A stretch of 63,496 bases of DNA, counting the filler, from Choristocarpus tenellus KU-1152 (taxonomy: Eukaryota; Protista; Phaeophyceae), in the NCBI GenBank assembly GCA_964200185.2. It is 11 parts of 11 records of this genome, joined end to end, with 100 filler letters (N's around TTAATTAATTAA, not from the genome) between each part and the next. Parts side by side here need not be neighbours in the genome. Positions count along the whole stretch, not along the records: positions 9,275 to 13,084 come from CAXNAD020017800.1; positions 13,185 to 23,123 come from CAXNAD020003264.1; positions 23,224 to 28,091 come from CAXNAD020012725.1; 8 more parts are not named here. One strand, written 5' to 3'. How positions within the stretch are numbered: the first letter of the stretch is position 1; each line of letters begins with the position of its first letter. The notes beneath the pieces were generated by a model. That model was not told the DNA's origin. It saw nothing but the letters and a program-made list of their open reading frames with translations, and did no database searches. The position numbers and the translations under genes are program-made. Shown in pieces: positions 12,187 to 24,256 of this stretch.

Positions 12187-13084
12187 TGGCGAGCCCCCAC
12201 AGCTCATAGTCCCCGGCACAAAGCTCACTTACTGGGAAAAGAACTGTGAGCTGACTAAGGAAGGTCGGACTGCACTTGCTCTGCGTTATGTATCGGCTCT
12301 TCCTCCACATCACAAGAGGCTCCCTAGGGGTGTGGGGTCTAAATTGGTGAAAGAGTTTCGAGTGGGACAGAGACGGGTGTGGGGGTGCGTCAAAGAACAG
12401 TTAGACAGGGGAGACACCGTTTCCCTGAAATCACAAGCACGATCTGGACAGTCATCGGACTTTACGCCAACGAAACAAGCAAAGATGCGAGAAATCAACG
12501 CCAGTCAGCGTGTCGACCAAATTTCCGCCAAGCTCGCCAAAGCAGGCCTCACAGTCGGCAGCTCAAAGCTTCATCACTGGTTCAAAGTCATGGTGGCAAC
12601 GAGGGTTCAATGGTGCATCACCCCTAGCCTTTTGTTTTCTCACAAGAAGAACAGGGTGGACTTCATCCCCAGCCAGATCTCCCACAGCAGCAAAACCTAC
12701 AGGACTGGCCTCAACACCGTTCACATCAACAAGGCATGGTTCTACCTCATCCATGAACTAGAGGTGGTACGAATGTTCCTGGGGGAGGAAAAGGTGGGCT
12801 TGACCAAGCTGCAGCACAAGAGTCACATTCCCATGATTTCAACAGCAAGATCGGGATCTGGCAGGTTTGCATCACGAAGGAGGCACAATGGACTACAGTG
12901 CGGCACACAAAGGGTGAGGAGTACGAGGTCGATGTCACCATCAAGATCGAGTAGTACCTGGAGTGGTAGATGGAGCAGGTGTTGCCAGCGATCAAGGAAA
13001 AAGTGACGTGACTGGAATGGGGGGGGGGGGGGGGGCCCCATACAGCAGGGCGGTGCGGCCCCGCATACGGGGAAGGGCGCGGGG
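12187..13084 (+). mobile_element. Tc1/mariner transposase, plant-type (DD39D-like), N-terminal two-thirds, decayed
   Basis: VHINKAWFYL (canonical VHIDEKWFYL), QHKSHIP, KIGIW, VLPAIKEK, IQQGGAAPHTG (canonical IQQDNAxPH); stops and frameshifts present. Confidence 0.88.
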
Positions 13085-13439
13085 NNNNNNNNNNNNNNNN
13101 NNNNNNNNNNNNNNNNNNNNNNNNNNNNTTAATTAATTAANNNNNNNNNNNNNNNNNNNNNNNNNNNNNNNNNNNNNNNNNNNNCAAGATCAGGATGGTA
13201 TGCCACTCCGAAATGTAACCAAGACAGTATCACCTCTCTCAAACTCAATCTCTACTATGATACCATACCTCACCAAATATGTGCTAAGGATTGCAACCCA
13301 ATATAGAAATGAATAGGTGAGAGGGATGGTTGCCATGAGGAGAGCACACACAAATGAGATATGGTTTTTTGAACTTGCGAGATCAAACGGATGGTGTCCC
13401 CGGGATCATACAGCCTCTCACCTCATAGGCTACCGTTCC

Positions 13440-16400
13440 ACCCCCTTCCCCTTAAACCAGGGCGGAACACAATTCCTCTCATCAAGGAAGGGGTCCATGA
13501 GCATCTGAGTGGCAGTGATGCGCTTGCTTGGATCTACCGTAAGAGCCTGTGTGTTAAGGTCCCATGGTAGAGGGGGATCAAACAGGAACCAAATCAATGG
13601 CAGCGACACAAGTCTACGATAAAGCAGATGTGCTGAACGAAGTTGAGCTTCTCATTAGCTCAAAACAAGACAGTTGCTAGGTGTCAGTATTGTCTGTCAT
13701 CAGTATCACAATACCATGTGACCATATGGAGTAAGCAGATTGTTACCCAAGTATTCTCCGCCCCGTGGGGCGAAACCCTTGCCTGTACCCGTTGATCTAG
13801 AAGATAATGACATCCTTTCCCCACAATGGATGAACATCTCCAAATGTGCATGTACATGTAGAAGCATACCTATAGTGCTATCGATACCAAGTAGGCAGAT
13901 TGTATTGACAGGTGAAATTTTCAAATGTTCACAGACAGTAAGCAAGTAAGGCATGACAGAGTTGAGCATTTCGATATAGTAATCACTTCATACTGATACT
14001 GCTCGCACCTCGTGGATGAGCGTTGCCATGTTGTATGACATCATCTCTGGCAATACATACAGCCCTGCCTCAATGTTCAGCAAATGCATTAGTTCCTCCT
14101 GTACAATGACAAAGCAGAGGGCAGGTACTCATCACCAACCTGCTTGTAGATCATGTTTCTGTACTATGGAGCCATGGTACAGAGTGCTCAAAACGTTAAT
14201 TGAGGTGTTGAAGCACATGTACCGGAAGCTATGTCAATATTCATCCTATATTTCTCTAAGAAACTACTGCCACATGATCTACCACAGTGCCAATGATTTC
14301 AAGCACTAACGTTAGTCAGCCATGACATATTGCCAACAACTGACACAACCAAACGAAAACACTCAACTCTGGTCTGTCATGCTCTTGCCATACATACCAT
14401 CGATATTGCTCATCCAGAAACAGATTGGGGGGTTCGTAGACAGGACTCGTTTTCTACGGAGACACATCCCATCTATTGATGTACACAGTCATGGGGGTCC
14501 AATGCTGTATCACATCAACTTTGCTCAAAGAAAATATATACATACTATACGGGTGCAGATTAAGGCAATTTCATGCAAAAACCCTCAACTGTGTGTCTCA
14601 GAATGTCAATAGCCTGGCCGAGGGGCTGATCAATTTTGATCCAAAAGATGTACCTTGAGAAGCTTCACTGGCACGTTTACCGGGTTGTTATGGCAAGGTG
14701 CGATCCCATCAAGGCCAGAGCTGGGCTGCATCCCGTAGTGGGGGAATATATCAAAATCGATCTCGTTTGGAGTTGTGAGCCCGCTCACGGTCACTCCCAG
14801 AGCCCACACGTCCACAGGTGTCCCACATTTCCTCCACATCCTTTTGCTGCTGAGCATGTGACCCACCTGTCATTTCTCAGCTGTCAGGGTTGGGTTCCTT
14901 CTAAACTACTTGGAAATACTAGCCAAGCAACAGCTACTTGGACTTGTGTATTATCTACAGTCATTCCTACAGGGCAGCATGATACATCTCTTTCCTAGGT
15001 TGACCCATTGACCGGCCATAGAGATGAAAGGTATGCTTCTAAGATAAAACAACAGACACCATCTAGTTATACCTCAGTTCATGCAGGGATCTGGATCTAT
15101 GGTCACAGCTTGCCCAAAATCGGTCAATTTCACCACCTGCCAGCAGTTTAAGGGTTTGCAGGCAATCGTGCAGTACAAAGCATATTGGACAGTAGAAATG
15201 GCCCTCATGCAGAATGTACCTATCAGCTACCGTCCCATAGGGCAAACATCAAGAGAACGGTATAAGATTATTTTGTGTGGGAAAAGTCATGTTCTTACCC
15301 CGAATGAGGTGATCAGGATGTTGTCGTCCTTGATGTCTCCATGGACAATACGCTTCTTGTGCAGGTAGGAAAGTGCACTGACAATTAAAAGAGGAAGGGC
15401 GGGATGGGTGTCACATGAGCCGTGGAGATCTCGTTATTGGTTTACATTTTAATTTAGGTTGAATTTTTCGGGTAATAGAGGGGCAGGGTAAAAATTTACT
15501 AGATCAATGATGTCAACAGATAGCTGATGATGAATCGCTATAATCCTACTCAAGAAGTTTGAGCTTGGGTGACACTATACAGCGATTTGACTGACTGGAA
15601 TCGCTTTCTTTCCCAAACATGAACACACAATCAAAGTGCATACTGTTATATCTGTATGCTTTAGCTTGGTCAAGAGACATCCTCCAGAAATCATTGACTT
15701 TACGTCTTGCATTACATTGCAACCACATGGAAACTACTCCCAAAAACGTCCCAGGAAATGGAAGGAGTGTAATTTCCAAGTACAAATGAGGAACAAGCAA
15801 GGAACAAACCTGGCCACTCCCTTGGTGATCCGGGCAATGGCCCACTCTGGCACGTGTCCTTCATTCCTGTAGGAGTGAGGGTCATGGCATTGAAAAGCAA
15901 ATAATATATGGTGGTAGTGGTTTACTATGGTTTCTCAGAGATTGTGTGTGTATTGTAAAATTGTAAAAAATTTATAATTGTAAAATTGTATAATAGTAAA
16001 AATGTATAATAGTAAAATAGTAAAATAGTAAGATCGAAAAATTGAGAAATTGGAAATTGGAAAATAGCAAAATTGTAGTAAAAGTGTAGTAAAATAGTAA
16101 CATTGTAGTAAAATTGTAATAGAATTAATTGTAGTGAATGGTAGTAAAATTGTAAAAATGTCAAATGGTAAAGTTGTATAACGGTAAAATCGAAAAATTG
16201 AGAAATTGGAAATTGTAAAAGTGAGAAATTTTAAAAGAGTAAAAGTGTAGTAAACGTGTAGTAAAATTGCATAATTGTAGTAAAATTGTAGTAAAAGTGT
16301 ATAGAATTGTAGTGAATGGTAGTAAAATTGTAAAATAGTACTGAAATTGTAAAAATGTAAAATGGTAAGGTTGTAAAATGGTAAAATCGAAAAATTGAAA

Positions 16401-19400
16401 AATAGTAATAGAATTGTAGTGAATGGTAGTGAATGGTAGTAAAATTGTAGTATTTCAAAATAGTAAAATTGTAGTATTTCAAAATAGTAAAATTGTAAAA
16501 TTGCATAATTGTAGTGAAATTGTAGAATAGTAAAATTATAAAGTTGCAAAATCGAAAAATTGTAAAATGGCCCATATACACCATTATGATGAAAACGAAA
16601 TCAGTAACTTTTGACCTCAAGATAGAGTGCAGTCCAGTGGAACAACTACACTTGTGTGCAATGTCTTGCTTGCTCCAAAGGATGTATGCAGACATCAAGA
16701 CAAGCAACATGTTCTTAAGCTCCAATTTTTCATCTGCCCAAAGGTGGGAGGCACCTCATTGGTCAATTATCAGTAAGAGCACAACAATGGTTCAAAGTTG
16801 TGTCGGATTTATGCATTTCAGTCCCTCACTCTGGTCTGGCGGCCAAGGCCTTTGCAAAACAATTTGCAGTTCCTCCAGAAACATACTCCATCACCAGCGT
16901 GTTATCAATCCCTGCACAGACTCCGAAGGCAGCAATGATGTTTGGGTGTTGCTGATCTAGAAGCAAGAGCTCCTGACCCCGACAAAATCGAGCAAAGGGG
17001 ACCAATTGGTGCCAACATGGAGGGATCCAGAAGTCAGACATCTCATCGCAGCTCATATATACACTACTGTGGAACCTAGAGCTACTAATCTCGACTTTGA
17101 GGAGCTCCTCCCTAACACCATGTTGTGTAGCACAGAGGGATATTCCAATGTTGTGTGAATCAAAAGAAGTGTAAATCAATTTCTCACTGATGTATTATTC
17201 CAGCACCAACACATGCAGATATTGCTGAGAGGGTATCGACACTATCCTCACCCGCTCAAATGTCAAGTCAACGTCGTCGTGCCTTGTCTTGACAGCTACA
17301 AGGGATGGGTCATCATCGCATCCCCTGGTTGTCCCAAACTCCTCTACCTTCACACTCTCATTACTGAGATCATATGCAACAAGCCACACCGACCCTGTCA
17401 AGAGGAATTGGCAAGTACAGAACATGATAGAACCGGGATGGAACAGTCAGGGAAACTACTCTGGCATATGCATGTGCATTATTGTGAAGAGTATTGAGTC
17501 GGTACAAGAACTCTATTGCACACCGCGTTTGCTCACATTGGATACACGTGGGCTATAGTGTCGCACTCAAATCATCCCAAATCAAGAGCCTGGAAGTGGT
17601 GAGAGCTGATCTTCAGTGGTAAATCAAGGATACCTGGGATGTGCATGAGTGTAAGACCTCAATACCAGCAAGCTATATTTCATGGGCAACAACAAGGCGT
17701 GTATAGGCAAGAGGAAAAGACTACCTGTAGACTCGTCACAAGCTAGAACCATGGGACGACTGGCGCTTTCACACAATATCAACCTAGCACCAACATTGGC
17801 CGCTATGATCTGCAAGAGCCTCTCTGTTGTACTGTGGAGAGTAAAATGGGCATGAGAAGATGATAATTTCATCAACCTTTCTTGTTCTCTCTCAGGCGAG
17901 ACTCGTGTGATTTACACACAAAAGTCACTGTTCCTCCCTGGCAATCCACTGTGCTATGAAATGGCAAGGAGACTGCCTCAACTCACCAAATGAGCCTTCT
18001 CCAAGCTTGCACTTGTAGTCAAAGTGACAAGTATCCAGCTGGTTGGAGCACCCAGCTTGGACAGGTGGCCTTCCACCCAATAACATCCCCGTCTCGTAGC
18101 AGCACTCCTGATTCCTCCTGCACTGTAGGTCGTGGTAAGCACTGGAGGCTTCCACCTCTGTGTCTGATGGGCTTTGCAACGGGGGAAGGGTGAGGGGACG
18201 TCCTTCTGCACGGGAAACACCAAGTTGGTCTCACTGAAGTTTCTTGAGGGCTGCATCTTTTTCGATGCATTTCACCTGTGTTGGGAACGGAACGGGCATT
18301 CACTTGATGGCAGACAGCCTCCGGGAACATGCGGAGAAGCTACCAGGACCTCTAGGCAACCAGCTTCTTCACATCCCACACCATTGTGTGCACAAACCAT
18401 TACCTCTCCTGAATTGTGTTTGTATGATGCTGAGTGCCAAGTGTTTTTGATTATATAAATACAACTTCTGATGGGACTGTGCATAGTACACACCCTACCT
18501 ATTGACAAACAGGTGGTACCTGGTACCTGCGATTGTCTGGTTTTGTGATCAAGACATTATGTGGGGGGCCTGAAAGATCCGAAGGCTATATGTATCAGAA
18601 GTTCCAAGCTCACCTTCAAGAGGCGCATGTCACTTCCAGCGGTTTGGAGAATTTTCTGTGTGATACCAGGCACAGGTGGTGCAGGAGAAAGGCAAAAGAA
18701 GGATCGAGTGATGGTGTTTAGATGCATGATCATTCGTGCTAAGAGAACCAACATGTAAGGGCGTAGAAGGGGTATCTTCAGCCCTGAGCCTTTGTGGAGT
18801 ATCGCTCAAGAAGACATGCGGAATACTGATTTGTCATTGCACCCCCCCTTGTATTACAGAAACTCATGCATGGTTAATTTGCTTGCCTTGAAGACCTCCA
18901 CCCTTGCTTCCCACAGTTTCACATCTGTACTTTCCTGCCATCTCTTATCGTTAACCGTGTCCAAGCTTCAGAGCACATGGAGCAGAGTAGTGTGTTTAGG
19001 TCAGGATCAGGAGGGTGCAAGTTCACACAAAACCACAGTGATCAACTACATCAGGTTGCAGCAAGCGGTAGCAAGTCCAAAGCCGCCACAGATTGAGGGG
19101 CTTCTGCTACGATCATGGACTGAGCCGAGGCATGTGCAGCCTTTGCCATGCAATTTCAATTGGAAGTCACTACCAAGTGCAATAGGCATTATTTTTTTTT
19201 TCGTGAGTGCATATCCATGCAAAGATGATCAATGGTAAACGCTGCAGTGTTTCTTGTTCAGGAGTTTGTTCTTACAGAGAAGTGGGTCCAGCTCCTGCAG
19301 GATTTTCTTTGGTGCTACCTCTCCGTGGCTCCACTCGAGGATCTGCACATTTCTCTTCTTCCATGGGCGTGAGCCCACCCTGATTCTGTGGAAATAGTTG

Positions 19401-22238
19401 GACAGAAACAGGTAATGTCAAAGAGTCTACTCACACTCCAGTGTTGCGCCAAGTTTCAACATATACTGCAATTGAAATTGAATTATATGCCAATTGTGCA
19501 CTCTTTCCGATTTCGAATTTTGTTGGAGGTAGGAAACCTTGTAATCTACATCAACATCTTGTGGAAATATTTCTCAACACCCAGCCCATAGGTCAACCTC
19601 TTCTCAGAAATATTCCCAAACTTTGTGTGATCCTGCCACCAACTCAGTCGGCTTTGTAAGCTGCGGTGCTGCTACCACATGGGATCGACATTTCAGTCCC
19701 TTGTTTCCACCCAGGTTGTAAAGAAGATGGACTTGGGGTCATGTACCTCTGGTCACATCATACTCTACACCATATCATTATCCCTCTGCAACTCACACTA
19801 GGTTCCACACCTCTGACTTCACATACACTGGCCGCTCTTTGTCTAGCTTAGATGGGTGCTCTGGACTATGGCCTAATGAGAAAGTACAGGGACACGCCAT
19901 TTCGCCTTTTCCTAACCATGAGCTCACCAGCACTTCTCCTACCTCGGTCGTTGCACAAAACATTCAAGCACAAGGTCGCACTCAACACTAAAGAAGTACC
20001 TGTACCTCCCTCGATGTTTGTAGTCAAGGATGGCCAACCTAAGTCTCTATTTGGTAGTAAGAAATGCAATATCAAGCTGAAAGTGATCAGGGGTACAACA
20101 TTGAGGGATATGAAAGGACAGTAAAGGAATTGAGATGACCGGATTGTATATGGCGATCTTGAACCAACTTCATACCTGCAGATCTAGATGGAACAAGGGG
20201 TCAAGCCATATGGACCTCATTTTGTAGTTGGTAAGACATTCTTGAGGGGTAATCTTGAGGGATCGGTCAACTGGTCAACTGCACACAATTGGGAAAAGAC
20301 GTCTGATCTTCTCCTGATGGCAGGTTAATTGCCCTTGCCCTCCTGCGTTGCAGAAGGCAGTTCTACTCCCAACTGATGTATCAGCTCCACATCACAAACA
20401 AACTCCCCTGTCCATTCAACAACAAAGCTTGGTGTGATGGGGTACAGGAATTTCTTGCGCCGCCCATCATGGCTCACTGTCTTCTCATACCACACGTCTT
20501 GACAGCGTACCCTATGCCCATCTTGTCAATTGTTTATCGCCCCCCAATACCTCAGCAAGCACTATATATTCTATTGACTCAACTAACAGGGTGCAAGCAT
20601 TGGCACCTCACCTGTGCAGTGTCGATCCAATCCTTGGTGAGCTGGAGTGCCTCCTCCAAATAACCGCATTTCTCCTTGAGCTCAGCAAGCTCCGCATCCC
20701 TCTCCATCACTCTCATCTCACTGACACGGAGTTCTAGCTGTAGGTTTGTGATGGTTGCCTCTGAGGCTTCTCTCTTGGCAACTTCACTGGCCACTCGCAT
20801 GCAAAGAGCCTTGCTACATTTCTCCTTGTCCTCAGCAAGCTCCGCTTCCTTTCTCGTCATTCTCACCTCACTGGCATCCAGCTCCAGTTGAAGTTCTATG
20901 ACGTTGGCTTCAGAAACTGTCCTCTTGTCTACTTCGTTAGCCAATCGCACCTGGAGATCCGTGCTCTTCTCCTGCTGAGCAGAAAGCTCAGCGCGGAGAA
21001 TTTGAATCTCCAACTCCCTCTCCTTGCCCTTCACTCTACCATCCTGATCCCATTCTTGCGGCGTGAGGACAGGGTTCTGCCACCTAAGGGAAGCCTTTGA
21101 AAGTCTCGCATCTCCTTTTGCCTGGAAAGAGGAGATAGACACCTTGCTTCCTACATCTGGTGTATTCTTCAGATAGACATGGACCTGCATGCGCATTTGG
21201 TAGGTGCCATGTGACCATTGAGTGTTTGGATGGGGCGAAATGGACTGCCACTCTCAACTTCGTAGGGTGCAGTAGGGGCTTCCATTGTCCTGCCGCATAC
21301 TAGTTTTGCTTATGAGAAGGTATGAGGAAATCGAGGTTATTGTACACTTTCCCTCCCTGACCCTCCAGCTCTTCCCAGGGTACTTCCGATTTGGAGAGTG
21401 GAAGATTATTGCACCAGAAACAGATAAATTGCATCCAAGACGACCATAGTAGCCCAATAATTCTTGCCGAGGTTACTTTGACTATACTCCTCGTTAACTT
21501 CGAAAACCTGGCTCTCATTGTGAAGGTTAATAATCTTGGAGGCTCTTTTCAACTGTTGGAACGTGTGTATTCCTAAAAGGGACAAGACCAAACTCAAAGG
21601 AAACGGTACAAGTTGTGTTCGGCAGAACTGGGCCGCACGACGACTCTCTTCTATTCTCTCTTCTGGGCTGACTTCATCTAGAGAGTGACAAGCACGACGC
21701 CCACCTCTGTATTGGTAGCCTGTTTATTGGACTTGGGAAGAAGCCACGCCTGTTCCGCCTTCTCCACCACATGTATGGCCCGGTTGATGTGCCGAAACCC
21801 ACATCCTTCCGTACCACACCCCTTCTTCAAGACCCTCAACTCGGCGTAGAGGACGTTCAACGCTCTCGACGCTCTCTGCCCCCCAATATCCCACCTCCTG
21901 CTCAAGGTGTTCGTAACGGGTGTAGCTCAGGTGAAAATCAACGCAACATTCGACACAACTCAGGGTAGACACTATTTCCAGAGTTCCTCCGAAGAACACA
22001 GCCCTCACCTTTTCGCGATGTGGTCTTTGAGCCTTCGATGCAGAGCTCGGACGCTCGAGATGGCTTGCACAAGAATCGCTTGGGGATCACTCAAGGGCTG
22101 CAACAAGGTTGCATTTATGATGCTTCGAGGCCCTTTGCTGACTTGGGCGTAAGCCTTTCGTAAGGAGTGAGCAACGGTGGCCAGCACGCGAACATCAGCG
22201 GGTTGGTGCCTGGCATACCCTTTGGGACCTTTTCCCAT
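13440..22238 (-). pseudogene. Decayed multi-exon gene: N-terminal region, duplicated coiled coil, unknown domain and C-terminal Ser/Thr protein kinase
   Basis: Kinase motifs in order on separate exons: LGEGSFG (~17985-18010), VAVK...FER| (~17250-17360), ELLLLDQQHPNII...LVMEYVSGG (~16830-16972), LSYLHKKRIVHGDIKDDNILI (~15298-15380), VKLTDFG (~15075-15137), DVWALGVT (~14790-14866), ALTVDPSKRITATQMLMDPF (~13450-13546). ATG at 22238 is followed by spliced exons; in-frame TGA stops occur. Linking the 5' exons to the kinase is inferred. Confidence 0.75.
15950..16570. repeat. Degenerate AT-rich array of GTAAAATTGTA-like units inside a kinase intron
   Basis: Dozens of GTAAAAT/TTGTA(G) variants with recurring higher-order blocks; + strand almost devoid of C. 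Confidence 0.9.
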
Positions 22239-23223
22239 GTTGGACGCTACGGCAGGACGAACTGCTATCAGAATTGTAGCAGTTGGTGGTCTGACGAACC
22301 AAAAAAACGAATGATTGACCCCACCTCGTTTTGTGTTGAAATCCTTAGGTCACTGTCGTTGGGTTGTTGGTAGGGATTACTTGAATAATTGGTCAAATCT
22401 GTCCCAATCAACTGAATATGACGATATTTTTCCATTTTGGTATATATATTAGAAATGTAGGTCATGTAGAAGGGACTACTACTCTATTTTATATAGTTGA
22501 TATATATTGGTTTCCTCACTATATATTGTCCCCACGCATAAGAATTATTTCATGTTTGGAGGTATGATCATTACCAGTTTCTAACATGGTTATCTTGAAA
22601 TCTCTTGACATCTGTCCCATTCCATTTAACAGTGTTCAAATGTATATGTTTAGAGTTCTTTGCATGCATCAATCATATTTTGACGCTTTGTAGGTATGCT
22701 GAAAATTCCTATTAGTTGAAGTTGTCTTTTACACACTATACTTATAAACAATATTGTCTATATCAGACTATATTTCCAAATATTTCAGAGGAATAGAGAT
22801 ATATTTCCTCACCTTACATTATTGGATCTTCAGAACATATATTGCAGATATATTTCTAAATATATATTTGTTTCCTCTTCCCATATCTTCTCCCCTCTCA
22901 AAATATTTCTTGGTCTTTGAAAGTACAATGGTATTAGTGTATATATAACGATATTCGTAGGTTGTTCAACAGAATATATATCAACTATGAATATTTTATT
23001 ATTATGCCCTCTGACATTTTGCAGATGTGTCAGGGAAACCAATGAAAACTACATACATATAACAGTGGATTCGCAAAATTGAGGATGGAGCGGGACTATG
23101 AGGATGGTTGTTTTGCGAAAACGNNNNNNNNNNNNNNNNNNNNNNNNNNNNNNNNNNNNNNNNNNNNTTAATTAATTAANNNNNNNNNNNNNNNNNNNNN
23201 NNNNNNNNNNNNNNNNNNNNNNN

Positions 23224-23485
23224 TGGTGGAATGTTGAGCTTGTAACGCAGCCTGTGTTGTCACCTGATCTCACTATCAATGATTTGGGGTTCTTTTCATC
23301 CCTAAGAAGTAGAGTTTGGAGGAAGCATTACGGTACGATAGATGACCTTGTGAAGGGGGTAAAGAGGGTAAAGGGCATGTAAGGCGCGTATGATGCACCT
23401 ACTTAAGAGAGGGTATTGGCGGAGCCTCTTTAAGCAGTACAATCAAGTTTTGAAGGCACTAGGGGGTAATGATTTGAGGTACTTC
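23224..23485 (+). mobile_element. Plant-type mariner transposase C-terminal fragment
   Basis: WNVELVTQPVLSPDLTINDLGFFSSLRSRVW...IDDLVKGV...LFKQYNQVLKALGGND matches the QPPNSPDLNxLDLGFF motif. Confidence 0.85.
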
Positions 23486-24256
23486 ACACTGGAACTGAGA
23501 AAAGGCAGTGTGAGGGAAGTCTACCAAAATCAGTCAGAATCAACAGAGGGGCTATTGACACAGCAGTGGATAGATGGATTGATGGGCATGAGGAAAGCGA
23601 CAAAGAATGATTTTCAACATCAAAAACATGAAGGAATCCAAAGTTTTAAGAAAAACTTTTTTTTATCAGTCCTTATCTTGAGAAGTTCCAGCCTTAACAT
23701 TGCAGACTTATTGGACAGAGGGAGTATGTATATGCCCTGGTAACTATATTTGATGCTATCTCTCTCTTGACGAGACCTAACTGCTACCCTACTGGATATT
23801 GACATGGACACTGATCATTATCATATTTTGTGGAGTGTGGGGCAAAAGCTTTTCTGCCATAGAAGACTACCCCAGTCTAGAAATATTGTTGTATGAGTGC
23901 CTACTTTGCTCAGGAGATGTTTTGTGACAACCGCAAACGAAAAAGAGTGCTCCCCAGCACTTCAGAGCAGTCTGAATACAGTCTTTGAGTAGTAAAACTA
24001 TGCTACTGAAGAGGTCACTCTGACGTTAGTCGTCCTTGTTCCCTTTGCAAGCATTCCTACCCTGACAACTCAAAGGACAAGTCTCCTAGGGATCAGTATA
24101 CAGTGAGGCCTAATGGTAATGTACCTCATGTCTATCATTACCAAGTAAAAGAGTTAATAAAATATATGTAACACTGGTTCACGCAACTTGTGGCCCTGCA
24201 TATCAACAAGATACAACTACAAAGGAGATATCAGTGTATTGCTGCCATTGTGCATC

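Noticed and set aside
15925-16725. Long Tyr/Phe/Asn-rich ORFs (204, 164 and 79 aa)
   Set aside because: Artefacts of translating the AT-rich array.
19400-19860. TGA reassignment or selenocysteine readthrough
   Set aside because: TAA stops and frameshifts also occur, and the intact genes end in TGA; CpG decay is the simpler explanation.
13185-23123. Endogenous giant-virus (phaeovirus) segment
   Set aside because: No viral hallmark genes seen, and the gene is intron-rich.
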